The notes beneath the pieces were generated by a model that saw nothing but the letters and a program-made list of their open reading frames with translations, did not search any database and had not been told where the DNA came from. A program made the position numbers and the translations under genes. 64,000 nt of DNA, taken from NCBI GenBank assembly GCA_963662465.1, contig OY759599.1, forward strand, positions 864,001 through 928,000, written 5' to 3'. The stretch's first letter is position 1. Every line of letters begins with the position of its first letter. This DNA comes from Desulfatiglandales bacterium. Its GTDB lineage: Bacteria > Desulfobacterota > DSM-4660 > Desulfatiglandales > Desulfatiglandaceae. Shown in pieces: positions 1 to 9,904 of this stretch.

Positions 1-453
1 AACATTGTTTTCCCGGATGATCGATCGAAGCAGCGACAGAACCTCTTTTTTTTGTTCATCGGAAAAATGTTTCATGTAGCGGGCAATGTTCGCGTCCTTT
101 TCCCTGGATATGTTTTTTAATTGTTCCCTTCCTTTCGGTGTAATCTCCAGCAGGGTTATCCGTTCATCATTGGGGTCGCTTTTCCTTAAAAGAAAACCAT
201 TTTTTTCAAGCCGTTTGGCGATTCCCGTCATATTGGCGCCCGAGACCAGCATGATTTTGCCCACATTGCTGATGGTATTCTGCCGGTTTTCGGAGCTGTC
301 CAAGACCCGCAGAACGTTGTATTGTGGAAATGTAAGGGCATAGTTCTTGAAAATATTGGCGGAATTCTTCTTGAAAAATTCCGCCAGTCGAACGGTGACC
401 ATCATGACCTTTTCATCGAGACTCAAGTCGTTTGTATATCCGCTATCAACCAT
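1..453 (-). CDS. MarR-family transcriptional regulator (runs off window edge)
   Basis: Manual translation from ATG at 453: MVDSGYTNDLSLDEKVMM...LTFPQYNVLRVL...ANMTGIAKRLEKNGFLLRKSDPNDERITLLEITPKG, a MarR winged-helix pattern. Not in the ORF track because the stop lies outside the window. Confidence 0.85.
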   Translation of the reverse strand, partial: MVDSGYTNDLSLDEKVMMVTVRLAEFFKKNSANIFKNYALTFPQYNVLRVLDSSENRQNTISNVGKIMLVSGANMTGIAKRLEKNGFLLRKSDPNDERITLLEITPKGREQLKNISREKDANIARYMKHFSDEQKKEVLSLLRSIIRENNV

Positions 454-491
454 TATTGATCCTTTTTGATTTATATTATTTGTAAATTGTA

Positions 492-701
492 AATACATTA
501 AATATAATATTTCATTCTGTCAACATGTTAAATAAAAAAATTCTCTTAAAAATGCTATTTCTGACGCTATTCCAGGGGCGCTAATTTCTTTCAGGGAGAC
601 TTTTCGCTCCCATTGCAAGAAAAAGAAAATATAATTCCAGAAAAAGCTTGACAAATGGCGTCCATTTGCCATATCAAGGATTTACTTAATACATTAAATA
701 T
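492..701. promoter_or_regulatory. Divergent sigma70 promoters with two copies of a candidate MarR operator (AATACATTAAATAT)
   Basis: Identical 14-mer at 492-505 and 688-701. TTGACA at 648-653 (+) and 518-523 (-). Confidence 0.6.
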
Positions 702-783
702 CAACATCGAGATGATCATCGTATTGAGAGTTTATCTGTTTATGACTTTTATGACTAACGAAAATTAAAAATGGAGGTTAACC

Positions 784-2241
784 ATGGACGTTAAAGCCAA
801 ACTGTCTGAAGTTGTCGGGGCCGATAATTTTTCCGATGACCCAACCCAGTTGCAAGCCTATGCGACCGATTTCAGCTATACGCCTTCGGGAATGCCGAAT
901 TATGTCGTAAGGCCCGGGTCTTCCGAAGAGGTGTCGCGGGTTGTGACATTCTGTAGTGAAAACAGTATTCCCGTTGTGCCCGTCAGCTCAAAGATTCATT
1001 TTTACGGCGCCACAATCCCCAGGGAAGGGGGGGTGATGCTGGATATGGCCCGAATGGACCGGGTGCTGGAGATCGACCCCGATAACCGGCGTGTGCGATT
1101 CGAGGCCGGGGTGACCTGGGAAAAACTGACCGAAGAATTGGCCAAGGAAGGCTTTCGGGTCATTATGCCGCTGACGCCGCCGGCGGAGCGGTCGGTTTTG
1201 ACGGACTTTATGGAGCGCGAAGAACCCACCAATCAGGTTTACGATTACGGGGAGCCCCTGGAGGCCATGGAGGTCGTGTGGCCCACGGGGGAATTGTTCA
1301 GAATGGGGTCGGCCAGCGTCAACGGTTACCCCGACTCCCCGTCCAAGGGAGGGAATCCTTCGGGTCCGGGGCTTGATTTCTACCGGTTTTTCCAGTGCGC
1401 CCAGGGGACATTCGGCGTGGTCACCTGGACCAATCTGAAAATCGAATCCATTCCCAAAATGGACAAGGTGCTGTTTGCCCCCGTTGACGATCTGGAATAC
1501 GTCACCGATTTTCTGTACCGGATTCTGCCCCGTCGCATCGGCCAGGAAGTACTCCTTTTAAATAATGTGGATCTGGCGGCGATACTGGCGGAAGACTGGC
1601 CCGCCGATTTTGAGAAACTAAAAAAGACGCTGCCCCCCTGGACCCTGATTCTGGTGGTCAGCGGCCTGTTGAGACGCCCGGAAGAGAAAATCGCCTACGA
1701 AGAGAATTTCCTGGCGGAAGTGTTGAAGAATGAATTTTCCGATCTGAAACTGGGGGAAAGTCTTCCCGGGTTTCCCGGTATGCGAAACAAAGTCCTCCCC
1801 ATGCTTCGAAAACCCTGGCCCGCAGACAAGCCCTATTGGAAGAACAGCGTCAAGGGCGCCTGTCAGAGCCTTTTCTTCCATACCCGGCCGGTTCTGGCCC
1901 AGCAATTCGTTTACCTGGTGGAGGAGATTGCGGCGCGCCATGGATACCCCATCAGCGACATCGGCATGTACATTCAGCCCATTGAGCATAACCGCGCTTG
2001 CAGACCCGAATTCAATTTCTTCTATGATCCTGATGATGCTGCCGAAGTGGCTTCAATTCGCGCCCTCTACAATGAGTTGGCCAAGGTGCTGTTGAATGAA
2101 GGGGCGGTCTTTACGAGACCCTACGGAGATCTGGCGCCCATCGTTTATGAGAAAGCCGCTTCCTACGCGACGCATCTCAAGCGGTTGAAGAAAGTCTTTG
2201 ACCCGAACAACATTATGAATCCCGGGAACCTGTGCTTCTAA
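784..2241 (+). CDS. FAD-binding oxidoreductase (GlcD/VAO-PCMH family)
   Basis: YVVRPGSSEEV, LDMARMDRVLEID, GTFGVVT and C-terminal FDPNNIMNPG motifs; GGAGG RBS. Confidence 0.85.
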   Translation: MDVKAKLSEVVGADNFSDDPTQLQAYATDFSYTPSGMPNYVVRPGSSEEVSRVVTFCSENSIPVVPVSSKIHFYGATIPREGGVMLDMARMDRVLEIDPDNRRVRFEAGVTWEKLTEELAKEGFRVIMPLTPPAERSVLTDFMEREEPTNQVYDYGEPLEAMEVVWPTGELFRMGSASVNGYPDSPSKGGNPSGPGLDFYRFFQCAQGTFGVVTWTNLKIESIPKMDKVLFAPVDDLEYVTDFLYRILPRRIGQEVLLLNNVDLAAILAEDWPADFEKLKKTLPPWTLILVVSGLLRRPEEKIAYEENFLAEVLKNEFSDLKLGESLPGFPGMRNKVLPMLRKPWPADKPYWKNSVKGACQSLFFHTRPVLAQQFVYLVEEIAARHGYPISDIGMYIQPIEHNRACRPEFNFFYDPDDAAEVASIRALYNELAKVLLNEGAVFTRPYGDLAPIVYEKAASYATHLKRLKKVFDPNNIMNPGNLCF

Positions 2242-2254
2242 GGAGGGTGCTAAA

Positions 2255-3580
2255 ATGGCCAATGAATCAAATTTCAGATATTACAAGCCAAAAGAGGAAT
2301 TCAGTCTCGATATCACTGATATGGAGAACTTTGTTTACGATATGAGCCGGTGCATCAAATGCAAGGGATGCACCTGGGTGGAGCATACTTACATGCCCGG
2401 CGCCAAATTCATGACCCGGTGCCCCAGCGCCGCCAAATACGAATTTGACGCCTACGGCGCCTACGGCAAAATGAGAATCGGCCACGCCATGGCCGAAGGG
2501 AAGCTGGAGTGGAATGAAAAGGCCCTGGAAGTGATCTACGCCTGCACCCTTTGCGGGGCCTGCGATGTGGGTTGCAAACGGAACCTGGATCTTGAAATTG
2601 AATTATCCCTGGAATCGCTCCGGGTGAAGGCGGTACAGGACGGTGTGGGACCCATGCCGGCCCACAAAAAGGTGGCGGAAAAAATCGACAAAACCCATAA
2701 CTGCTTCGGGTCTCCCCATGAAAAACGCACCGACTGGTTGCCCGAAGGGATAACGCCCGCCCAAAAGGCGGATGTGCTGTACTTTGTGGGTTGCACCGCT
2801 TCCTACATCAACAAGGAGATTGCCCAGTCCACGGTAAAGATCTTCAAGGCCGCCGGCACGGATTTCATGCTCATGCCCGACGAATGGTGTTGCGGCAACA
2901 CGGTGTTTTCCGTGGGGCTCTATGACGAGGCCAAGGCCATGGCCGAGCGGAATGTGGAAGAGATGCGCAAAACAGGGGCCAAAACCCTCATTACCAGTTG
3001 CGCTGAAGGATACCGCATGTGGAAGGTGGATTACCCGAAACTGCTCAATATTTCTACCGCTGAACTGGGATTTGAGGTGCTTCATCTGGTGGAGTACGTG
3101 GATGAAATGGTGAAGAGCGGCGCACTGGAAATGAAAAAATCGTTTGATACGCGCATGACCTACCATGACGCCTGCAGCCTGACGCGTCTCTCCGAACCCT
3201 GGACCCCTTATGAAGGAAAACGGGGATGGATGGGGTGCGTCGAGCCGAGGCTGAAGCGACGGCGCGGCCAAAACGGGGTGTATTCACAGCCCCGGGATAT
3301 CTTAAACGCCATTCCCGGCGTAAATCTGGTGGAAATGCCTCGGACGAGGGAGAACGCCTTCTGCTGCGGCGCGGGACGGGGAACCCAGGCAGCTTTCCCG
3401 GATTTTTCCACTTGGGCCGCGAAACATCGTTTGGAAGAAGTCAGGGAAATCGGTGCTGAAACGCTCGTATCCACATGTCCCTGGTGCAAAAATAATTTCG
3501 CCAATGCGGTTAAAGCCAATGGCGATGATGTGCAGGTTCTGGATATTTCGGAAGTCATCTGTGCGTCCATTGAGGGTTAG
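2255..3580 (+). CDS. Fe-S oxidoreductase with CCG domains (GlcF/HdrD-like)
   Basis: CIKCKGC, CTLCGACDVGC, WCCG, YHDAC, FCCGAG, CPWC motifs. Confidence 0.9.
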   Translation: MANESNFRYYKPKEEFSLDITDMENFVYDMSRCIKCKGCTWVEHTYMPGAKFMTRCPSAAKYEFDAYGAYGKMRIGHAMAEGKLEWNEKALEVIYACTLCGACDVGCKRNLDLEIELSLESLRVKAVQDGVGPMPAHKKVAEKIDKTHNCFGSPHEKRTDWLPEGITPAQKADVLYFVGCTASYINKEIAQSTVKIFKAAGTDFMLMPDEWCCGNTVFSVGLYDEAKAMAERNVEEMRKTGAKTLITSCAEGYRMWKVDYPKLLNISTAELGFEVLHLVEYVDEMVKSGALEMKKSFDTRMTYHDACSLTRLSEPWTPYEGKRGWMGCVEPRLKRRRGQNGVYSQPRDILNAIPGVNLVEMPRTRENAFCCGAGRGTQAAFPDFSTWAAKHRLEEVREIGAETLVSTCPWCKNNFANAVKANGDDVQVLDISEVICASIEG

Positions 3581-3597
3581 GCGAAAGGAGGAACATT

Positions 3598-5199
3598 ATG
3601 GCCATATCAAAAGAAATTTATAGTGTGATGGAAGCCGTTGTCGGCGCCAAAAACATTTCCGACGACCCGGTTATCTGCGAATCATACCGCAGCGGTCCGG
3701 GGGGCTATGAAAACGGGTTGGGGTATGAGCGCGTTATGACGACCATTCCGGGGTGCGTCATCATGCCCAACAATACCGAAGAGGTTCAGAAGATCGTCAA
3801 AGTCTGCTACCGAAACGATATCCCCTATGTGCCCTACAGCACGGGGTTTTATGGACCCCGATCCCATCCCCACGTGGAAGATGCGCTCCTGATTGATCTC
3901 AAGCGCATGAACGATTTTGAGCTGGATGAGAAGCATTTTTACGTGGAAGTGGGTCCCGGCATGGTTTATTCGCCCATTCAGGAAGAGTGTATGAAGCATG
4001 GGGCCTATGTGGTGATCGGCGGGGGCGGGGCACAGGCATCCGCCATCGCCAACTTGATCGGGGATGGATGGTCTCCCCTGAGCCACCGAATCGGGTTGCC
4101 CCACCGGCGTATTCTGGGCACCGAAGTGGTAATGCCCGATGGTGAGATTCTCCGAATGGGTTCCCTGGCCACGGGCGACGATCCCTTCTGGGGCGAGAGT
4201 CCGGGACCCGATCTGAGGGGAATGCTTCGAGGCTATACGGGCCTTCGGGGTTGTCTGGGCATTGTGACCCGGATGGCCATCAAAACCCTCCCTTTCCAGC
4301 CGGAGCGGCTTGTCCCCACGGGGATTTCCCCGGATACGGCCCTGGCTTTGCCGGAAAAACGAATCAAGTGGATCAATTTTACCGTGCCCTCCAAGGAGGC
4401 CCAGGTGACCGCCATGCGGGAAATCGGACATGCCGAAATCGGCGGCGCCGTCACCAAGGTGCCCCTTTTCTGGCGGTCCATTGCCAAAGCCGAGTGCAAG
4501 GAGGAATTCTGGGATTTGTGGGGAAAGGAAACCGAGGAGTCCATTGCCAACTTCTTTATCGTTCGGGTACTCCTCATCGGCTTTACCTCCGAGGAACAGA
4601 TGATCTACGACGAAAATGTGCTCATGGACATTATGGAACCTTTGGGCGGCATTGCGCGCCGTACCAAGCCGTCGGATGAGTCCTGGATCAAAAACGCCGA
4701 TTCCGCGGGCATGTGGCTCATGTGCGGCGGGTATGTGTCGGTGGATTACGTTATTGAAACCCTGACCCAGTCCGTTGAACACGGTCCCTCTTACGCGGAA
4801 GTGAAAAAGAAATACACTCCGCCGCTGATGCCCGACTATGGGGATCCGGGCTGGTTCCAGAGTTTTGAAATGGGTCATCAGGGGTATTCGGAATTCCTGG
4901 TCTACTGGGATCCGGACGACAACACGGACGGCGTGGACCAGTTCTATCTGGATACTTCCAAAATGAACATTCAGAATCGGACCTACACCTCTTTGCTGGG
5001 TCCCCATCAGCCCCTTTACCTGACCGGGCCTAAATATGGTCCCAATTACCATGAGTTTCTGTTGAAGGTGAAGGACGAGTTCGATCCCAAATGGATGAGT
5101 CACCCGCCCGTGCCCCTGGCCCACGATGTTTTTGTGGAACGGGCCCCGTGGATGCAGAATATGAAGGACTGGGAATCACCGGCGGATCTGCCGAAATAG
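3598..5199 (+). CDS. FAD-binding oxidoreductase (VAO-PCMH family)
   Basis: VIMPNNTEEVQKIV, IDLKRMN, PDGEILRMGS, PGPDLRG, GIVTRMAIK, FDPK motifs. Confidence 0.85.
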   Translation: MAISKEIYSVMEAVVGAKNISDDPVICESYRSGPGGYENGLGYERVMTTIPGCVIMPNNTEEVQKIVKVCYRNDIPYVPYSTGFYGPRSHPHVEDALLIDLKRMNDFELDEKHFYVEVGPGMVYSPIQEECMKHGAYVVIGGGGAQASAIANLIGDGWSPLSHRIGLPHRRILGTEVVMPDGEILRMGSLATGDDPFWGESPGPDLRGMLRGYTGLRGCLGIVTRMAIKTLPFQPERLVPTGISPDTALALPEKRIKWINFTVPSKEAQVTAMREIGHAEIGGAVTKVPLFWRSIAKAECKEEFWDLWGKETEESIANFFIVRVLLIGFTSEEQMIYDENVLMDIMEPLGGIARRTKPSDESWIKNADSAGMWLMCGGYVSVDYVIETLTQSVEHGPSYAEVKKKYTPPLMPDYGDPGWFQSFEMGHQGYSEFLVYWDPDDNTDGVDQFYLDTSKMNIQNRTYTSLLGPHQPLYLTGPKYGPNYHEFLLKVKDEFDPKWMSHPPVPLAHDVFVERAPWMQNMKDWESPADLPK

Positions 5200-5204
5200 G
5201 GTGT

Positions 5205-5232
5205 GTAGGGGCGATCCACGGATCGCCCCTAC
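5205..5232. repeat. GTAG-type REP palindrome
   Basis: GTAGGGGCGATCCACGGATCGCCCCTAC inverted repeat; related copies at 8033 and 35134. Confidence 0.7.
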
Positions 5233-5265
5233 TACGCTGCAAATCGTACGAAAGGAGTATCTCTT

Positions 5266-6825
5266 ATGTCTGTGGGCGACATGATCCGGAGAAGCGCGGA
5301 TAAATTTCCGGAAAAAACCGCTTTGATCTTCAAAGAAAAAAGGATCACCTATGAGGCGTTGAATAAACGGGTGAATGCTTTGGCAAACCGTCTTCTGGAT
5401 ATGGGCGGCAAAAAAGGAGATCGTGTGGCGGTGATTCTGCATAATTGCCCCGAATACATCGAAGCCTATTTTGCCTGTGCCAAGTCGGGACTGGTGTTTG
5501 TCCCCATCAACAACCTGCTCAAACAGGGAGAATTGACCCATATTATTCAATATATTGAACCCCGCTTTCTGCTGGTGGATTCTGATTTTGAGGACCTGAT
5601 TTTAAAAACGACCCATGGGATGGCGTTTGTTGAGTTCAAGATCACCTTGGGCGTATCCCAAGGCGCCTCTTTTATTGCCTATGAGGATACCCTTGCCGAG
5701 GGCAGCACGAAAGAACCGAAAGTGGAAATCTCAAAAGACGATGTCATGAGTATTTTCCTTACCTCCGGCACCACAGGACTTCCCAAAGGCGCCATGCGGA
5801 CCCATCACCACAATTTTCAGAACGCCCTTGTCTGCGCCCTGGAAATGAAACTGGATGTGAACGATCGCACCATCCTCCTTTTTCCCCTGTACCATGTTAC
5901 CTTTGAGGACCATACCCGCCATTTCCTCATGGGCAACACGGTTTACATTCGACCGGAGGGGACCTTTGATCCCAAGGAGGTGTTGGGGATTCTTGAAAGG
6001 GAGAAAATCACCACCTGCCAGTTTGTGCCCACCATGGTGAATGCCATGCTGCAGGAAAAAACCATCGAAGATTATGACTTGAGCCATCTCAGACTCATTC
6101 CCTACGCGGCAAGTCCCATGCCCGTGGAACTGCTGAAACAAGCCATGAAGCGGTTCCAATGCGGCTTCATTCAATTTTACGGCCAGACGGAAACCGGTCC
6201 CCTGACCACTGTCCTGCCTCCCGAGGCCCATGTTCTGGAAGGAACAAAGGCCCAGTTGGATCGACTGGCTTCCGCCGGTCGCGCGGTCTTGAATTACGAG
6301 GTGCGGATCGTGGACGAAGGGGGCAAAGACGTTCCCGTGGGAGAGGTGGGGGAGATTGCCGTCCGCAGTGAGGCCATGACCATCGGGTACTGGAACCTTC
6401 CCGAACAAACCGCCGAAAGCATGAAGGACGGTTGGCGTTTTACCGGGGATTTCGGGAAATTCGACTCGGAAAAAAACGTCTATATTGTAGACCGTAAGAA
6501 CGACATGATCATCAGCGGGGGAAAGAATATTTACCCCAGGGAGGTGGAAGAAGTCATTTACAGCCATGCGGCTGTGCTGGATGTGGCGGTGCTGGGTGTT
6601 CCCGACGACTACTGGGGGGAATCGGTCAAGGCCATCGTGGTGCTGAAGAAGGGTATGACCGCCACCGAGGATGAAGTGATCGGCATCTGCCGGGAACGTC
6701 TCGCCAGTTACAAAAAACCCAAGAGCGTGGAATTCAGGAAGGAACTGCCCAGAAGCCCCACCGGCAAGATTTTAAAGCGAAAGATTCGGGAGGAATTCTG
6801 GGAATCCAGGGATCGGCGGGTTTAA
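5266..6825 (+). CDS. Acyl-CoA synthetase (AMP-forming)
   Basis: TSGTTGLPKG, YGQTE, TGD, DRKNDMIISGGKNIYPREVE, PTGKILK. Confidence 0.92.
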   Translation: MSVGDMIRRSADKFPEKTALIFKEKRITYEALNKRVNALANRLLDMGGKKGDRVAVILHNCPEYIEAYFACAKSGLVFVPINNLLKQGELTHIIQYIEPRFLLVDSDFEDLILKTTHGMAFVEFKITLGVSQGASFIAYEDTLAEGSTKEPKVEISKDDVMSIFLTSGTTGLPKGAMRTHHHNFQNALVCALEMKLDVNDRTILLFPLYHVTFEDHTRHFLMGNTVYIRPEGTFDPKEVLGILEREKITTCQFVPTMVNAMLQEKTIEDYDLSHLRLIPYAASPMPVELLKQAMKRFQCGFIQFYGQTETGPLTTVLPPEAHVLEGTKAQLDRLASAGRAVLNYEVRIVDEGGKDVPVGEVGEIAVRSEAMTIGYWNLPEQTAESMKDGWRFTGDFGKFDSEKNVYIVDRKNDMIISGGKNIYPREVEEVIYSHAAVLDVAVLGVPDDYWGESVKAIVVLKKGMTATEDEVIGICRERLASYKKPKSVEFRKELPRSPTGKILKRKIREEFWESRDRRV

Positions 6826-6931
6826 ATCGAGAGGGGGTGATTCGGGAGAACAAATCACATGATAAAATCAGAGGTGCGTTGAAAAGGAAAATTTTCGGTT
6901 CATAACCCAGGTCCAAAAAAGGAGATTTGAA

Positions 6932-7945
6932 ATGAAAAAGGCATTATGGTTGGCAGTGGCTGTTTTCTTTGTGATGGGGTTTGCGGCGACCCATGCGCAG
7001 AGCGGTCCCATCGTTATCAAGGCGTTAACGGCGTTTCCGAAAAATCACCTGAACAATGATCCGGTTCCTATCTTTATTCAGAAGGTCAACGAGCGGGCCA
7101 AGGGACGGCTGAAGATTGATTGGATTGGGGGTCCCGAGGTTATCAAGACCTTCGACCAGATCCATGCCCTCAAGGCCGGCACCATCGATATGATTCTGTA
7201 TTACCCCTTCGGCTATATGAAACCGGTGATGCCTGAAGCATGGGCCAAGGGATTGACGCTTTTGGCGGAATGGGAAGAGCGAAAAACCGGTCTCTATGAT
7301 TTGTGGTGCGAGATTTTTGCCAAAAGAGTGAACGCCAAGTATCTGGGAAGATTGCACAGTCTGGTTCCCTTCACGGTTTTTTCCAATAAGAAAATCACCA
7401 AGGTGGAAGACTTCAAGGGCTTGAAGATGCGCGTCATGCCGCTCTACATCCCCGCCCTGAAGGCATTGGGTGCGACGCCGGTCACCATTCCCCCCACGGA
7501 AATCTATACGGCCATGGAGCGCGGCGTGGTGGATGGTTTCATGTGGCCCAATGTGGGCATGATCAGCTGGGGTCTGCAGGAAGTCACCAAGTATCAAATG
7601 AAACCCGGCGTTTTCGCCATGGAACCGGCTACCATGATCAATTTGGACAAGTGGAACAAAATCCCCAAGGACTTGCAGGAAATGATCATGGAGGTGATGA
7701 AGGACACGGAATATATCGCCACCATGCGCACCATCATGATTGAAAAGAAAGAAGAGGCCGTCCGAAAGGCCGCCGGCATGGAAATCATTACGCTATCGCC
7801 CGAGGAGGCCCAGAAATTCCTGACCATCTGTTATGACAAAACCTGGGAATATGTGACGGGAATGGCCCCTGAGTATGGTCCTAAACTGAAAGAATTGTCT
7901 TCGCCCAAGGCATTGCCTAAGGGAAGTTTCCCCTGGCAGCAGTAG
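6932..7945 (+). CDS. dctP: TRAP transporter substrate-binding protein (copy 1)
   Basis: Signal peptide, DFKGLKMRV, EIYTAMERGVVDG. Confidence 0.9.
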   Translation: MKKALWLAVAVFFVMGFAATHAQSGPIVIKALTAFPKNHLNNDPVPIFIQKVNERAKGRLKIDWIGGPEVIKTFDQIHALKAGTIDMILYYPFGYMKPVMPEAWAKGLTLLAEWEERKTGLYDLWCEIFAKRVNAKYLGRLHSLVPFTVFSNKKITKVEDFKGLKMRVMPLYIPALKALGATPVTIPPTEIYTAMERGVVDGFMWPNVGMISWGLQEVTKYQMKPGVFAMEPATMINLDKWNKIPKDLQEMIMEVMKDTEYIATMRTIMIEKKEEAVRKAAGMEIITLSPEEAQKFLTICYDKTWEYVTGMAPEYGPKLKELSSPKALPKGSFPWQQ

Positions 7946-8032
7946 GGACGTTATTCAGCGGACCTGAAAAGGTTCCGAAACAGGCGGAATACGGGACGTT
8001 CTTTCTTTTGGGCTGAATTACCGTTTCGGCCG

Positions 8033-8060
8033 GTAGGGGCGAAGAATTTTTCGCCCCTGC
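8033..8060. repeat. GTAG-type REP palindrome between dctP and dctQ
   Basis: GTAGGGGCGAAGAATTTTTCGCCCCTGC. Confidence 0.65.
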
Positions 8061-8096
8061 TTTTAATGAGGCATGATGGGTTGTTGAGGGATTGAG

Positions 8097-8588
8097 ATGA
8101 AGAGAAAAGGGCTTTTTGACCGGTTAATCGATTCCATGGCCTTCCTGGCCGGCATACTCCTTGTGGGGGCGGTGCTGATCGTATCACTTGAAATCTGCAT
8201 GCGCTACTTTTTTCAAAAGCCGCAGATATGGACAGTGGAGGTATGCGAATTTATCCTGTTTATTTTGACCTTCCTGGGAGCACCGTGGCTTCTAAAAAAA
8301 GGGGGACACGCCAGCGTCGATATCCTGGTGGAAAGGATGAGTCCCGTGCCGAAGCGGTATGCCGGCCTCTTCGCAAGCGCCGTGGGAATATTGGTGTCGC
8401 TGGTGCTTGTCTGGTTCAGCCTGGCCACCAGCTGGCAATGCTACGCCGACGGCGTGGTGCTGACTAAAACCCTCACGGTTTCCAAATACTATTTTCTGCT
8501 GTTTATTGCACTGGGCTATTTTTGTCTTCTGATTGAATTCGGCAGGCAATTCATTCGGCTTTTCAGGCATGGCAAGGAGGTCTCCTGA
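8097..8588 (+). CDS. dctQ: TRAP small permease (copy 1)
   Basis: Four TM segments, WTVEV, FLGAPWLL...GHASVD. Confidence 0.9.
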   Translation: MKRKGLFDRLIDSMAFLAGILLVGAVLIVSLEICMRYFFQKPQIWTVEVCEFILFILTFLGAPWLLKKGGHASVDILVERMSPVPKRYAGLFASAVGILVSLVLVWFSLATSWQCYADGVVLTKTLTVSKYYFLLFIALGYFCLLIEFGRQFIRLFRHGKEVS

Positions 8589-9901
8589 TGGAATGGTGGA
8601 TTCCGCTTCTTTTCATTGTCGGCATCTTTCTGGTGCTTCTGGCGGTTGGTCTTCCCGTATTTCTGGCGTTCACGGTGGTGGATGTTCTGGGGATTTATTT
8701 TCTATGGGGGGGCAGCGCCGGTTTAAGCCAGCTCATCCACTCCATTTTTTCCTCCATTAGCAGTTTTGTGCTATTGCCGGTGCCGCTTTTTGTACTCATG
8801 GGGGAGCTGCTGTTTCAATCCGGCGTCTTTGTTCGGGCCCTGGATACCCTGGATAAATGGATGGGGCGTCTGCCGGGCCGGTTGTGCATCCTCAGCGTGG
8901 GTGGGGGAACGCTTTTTTCCACTTTGAGCGGCTCCAGCATGGGCACCTCCGCCATGCTGGGTTCCCTGCTGCTGCCCGAGATGGAAAAAAGGGGATATCA
9001 CAAGACCATTGCCATTGGGAGCTGCATGAGTGGGGCCCTGGCCATGATTATCCCCCCCAGCGCCCTGGCCGTGATCATGGGAAGCCTGATGGAAGTTTCC
9101 ATCGGGAAACTGCTCATATCCGGCGTGGTCCCCGGCCTTCTCATGGCGGCCATGTATATTACCTATATTGTGGTTCGGTGTACGGTTCAGCCGAGTCTTG
9201 CGCCGGACTATTCCCCCGAAGAAACGCCCTGGTCTGAAAAAATCAGCGCTTTTGTGAAGCACGTACTGCCCTTCGGCACCATTATTTTTGTGGTGACGGG
9301 CCTGATCTTTGCCGGTCTGGCCACACCCACGGAATCCGCGGGCATGGGGGTCGTGGCGACAGCCGCGGTGGTGGCGGCCTATAGACGGTTATCGATTGAT
9401 ATCATTCGTAAATCCGTGGAATCCACCCTGCGCATTACGGTGATGATGTTCATGATTCTCACAGGCTCCACCGCTTTCAGCCAGATTCTGGCCTTTACGG
9501 GCGCCAGCCGCGGCCTGGTGGAACTGGTTGTGAGTTTTCCCTTTCCGGATATCATGATCGTCGGCGTCATGCAGTTCCTGATGATTGTTCTGGGAACCTT
9601 CATGGAGCCGGTTTCCATCATGATGATCACCTTTCCCGTGTACATGCCCATCGTGAATGCCTTTGGGTTCGACCCCATTTGGTTTGGGCTGCTCACCCTG
9701 ATCAACATGGAAATCGGCATGAAAACGCCGCCCTTCGGAATGGTGCTCTTTGTGATGAAGGGGGTGGTGCCGCCTAAGACCACCATGATGGATATTTATC
9801 GGTCGGTGACGCCTTTTGTAACCATTGATATGGCAGCCATGCTGTTGATCATGATTTTCCCCACCATTGCCACCATTCTGCCGAGCTTGATGAAGTATTA
9901 G
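8588..9901 (+). CDS. dctM: TRAP large permease (copy 1)
   Basis: VPLFVLMGELL, IIPPS, TPTES, TPPFG. Confidence 0.92.
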   Translation: MEWWIPLLFIVGIFLVLLAVGLPVFLAFTVVDVLGIYFLWGGSAGLSQLIHSIFSSISSFVLLPVPLFVLMGELLFQSGVFVRALDTLDKWMGRLPGRLCILSVGGGTLFSTLSGSSMGTSAMLGSLLLPEMEKRGYHKTIAIGSCMSGALAMIIPPSALAVIMGSLMEVSIGKLLISGVVPGLLMAAMYITYIVVRCTVQPSLAPDYSPEETPWSEKISAFVKHVLPFGTIIFVVTGLIFAGLATPTESAGMGVVATAAVVAAYRRLSIDIIRKSVESTLRITVMMFMILTGSTAFSQILAFTGASRGLVELVVSFPFPDIMIVGVMQFLMIVLGTFMEPVSIMMITFPVYMPIVNAFGFDPIWFGLLTLINMEIGMKTPPFGMVLFVMKGVVPPKTTMMDIYRSVTPFVTIDMAAMLLIMIFPTIATILPSLMKY

Positions 9902-9904
9902 AAG

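Noticed and set aside
3682..5124. Long antisense ORFs (also 15476-16660, 9389-10477, 11062-11934 and others)
   Set aside because: They are shadows of well-supported plus-strand genes and have no recognisable motifs.
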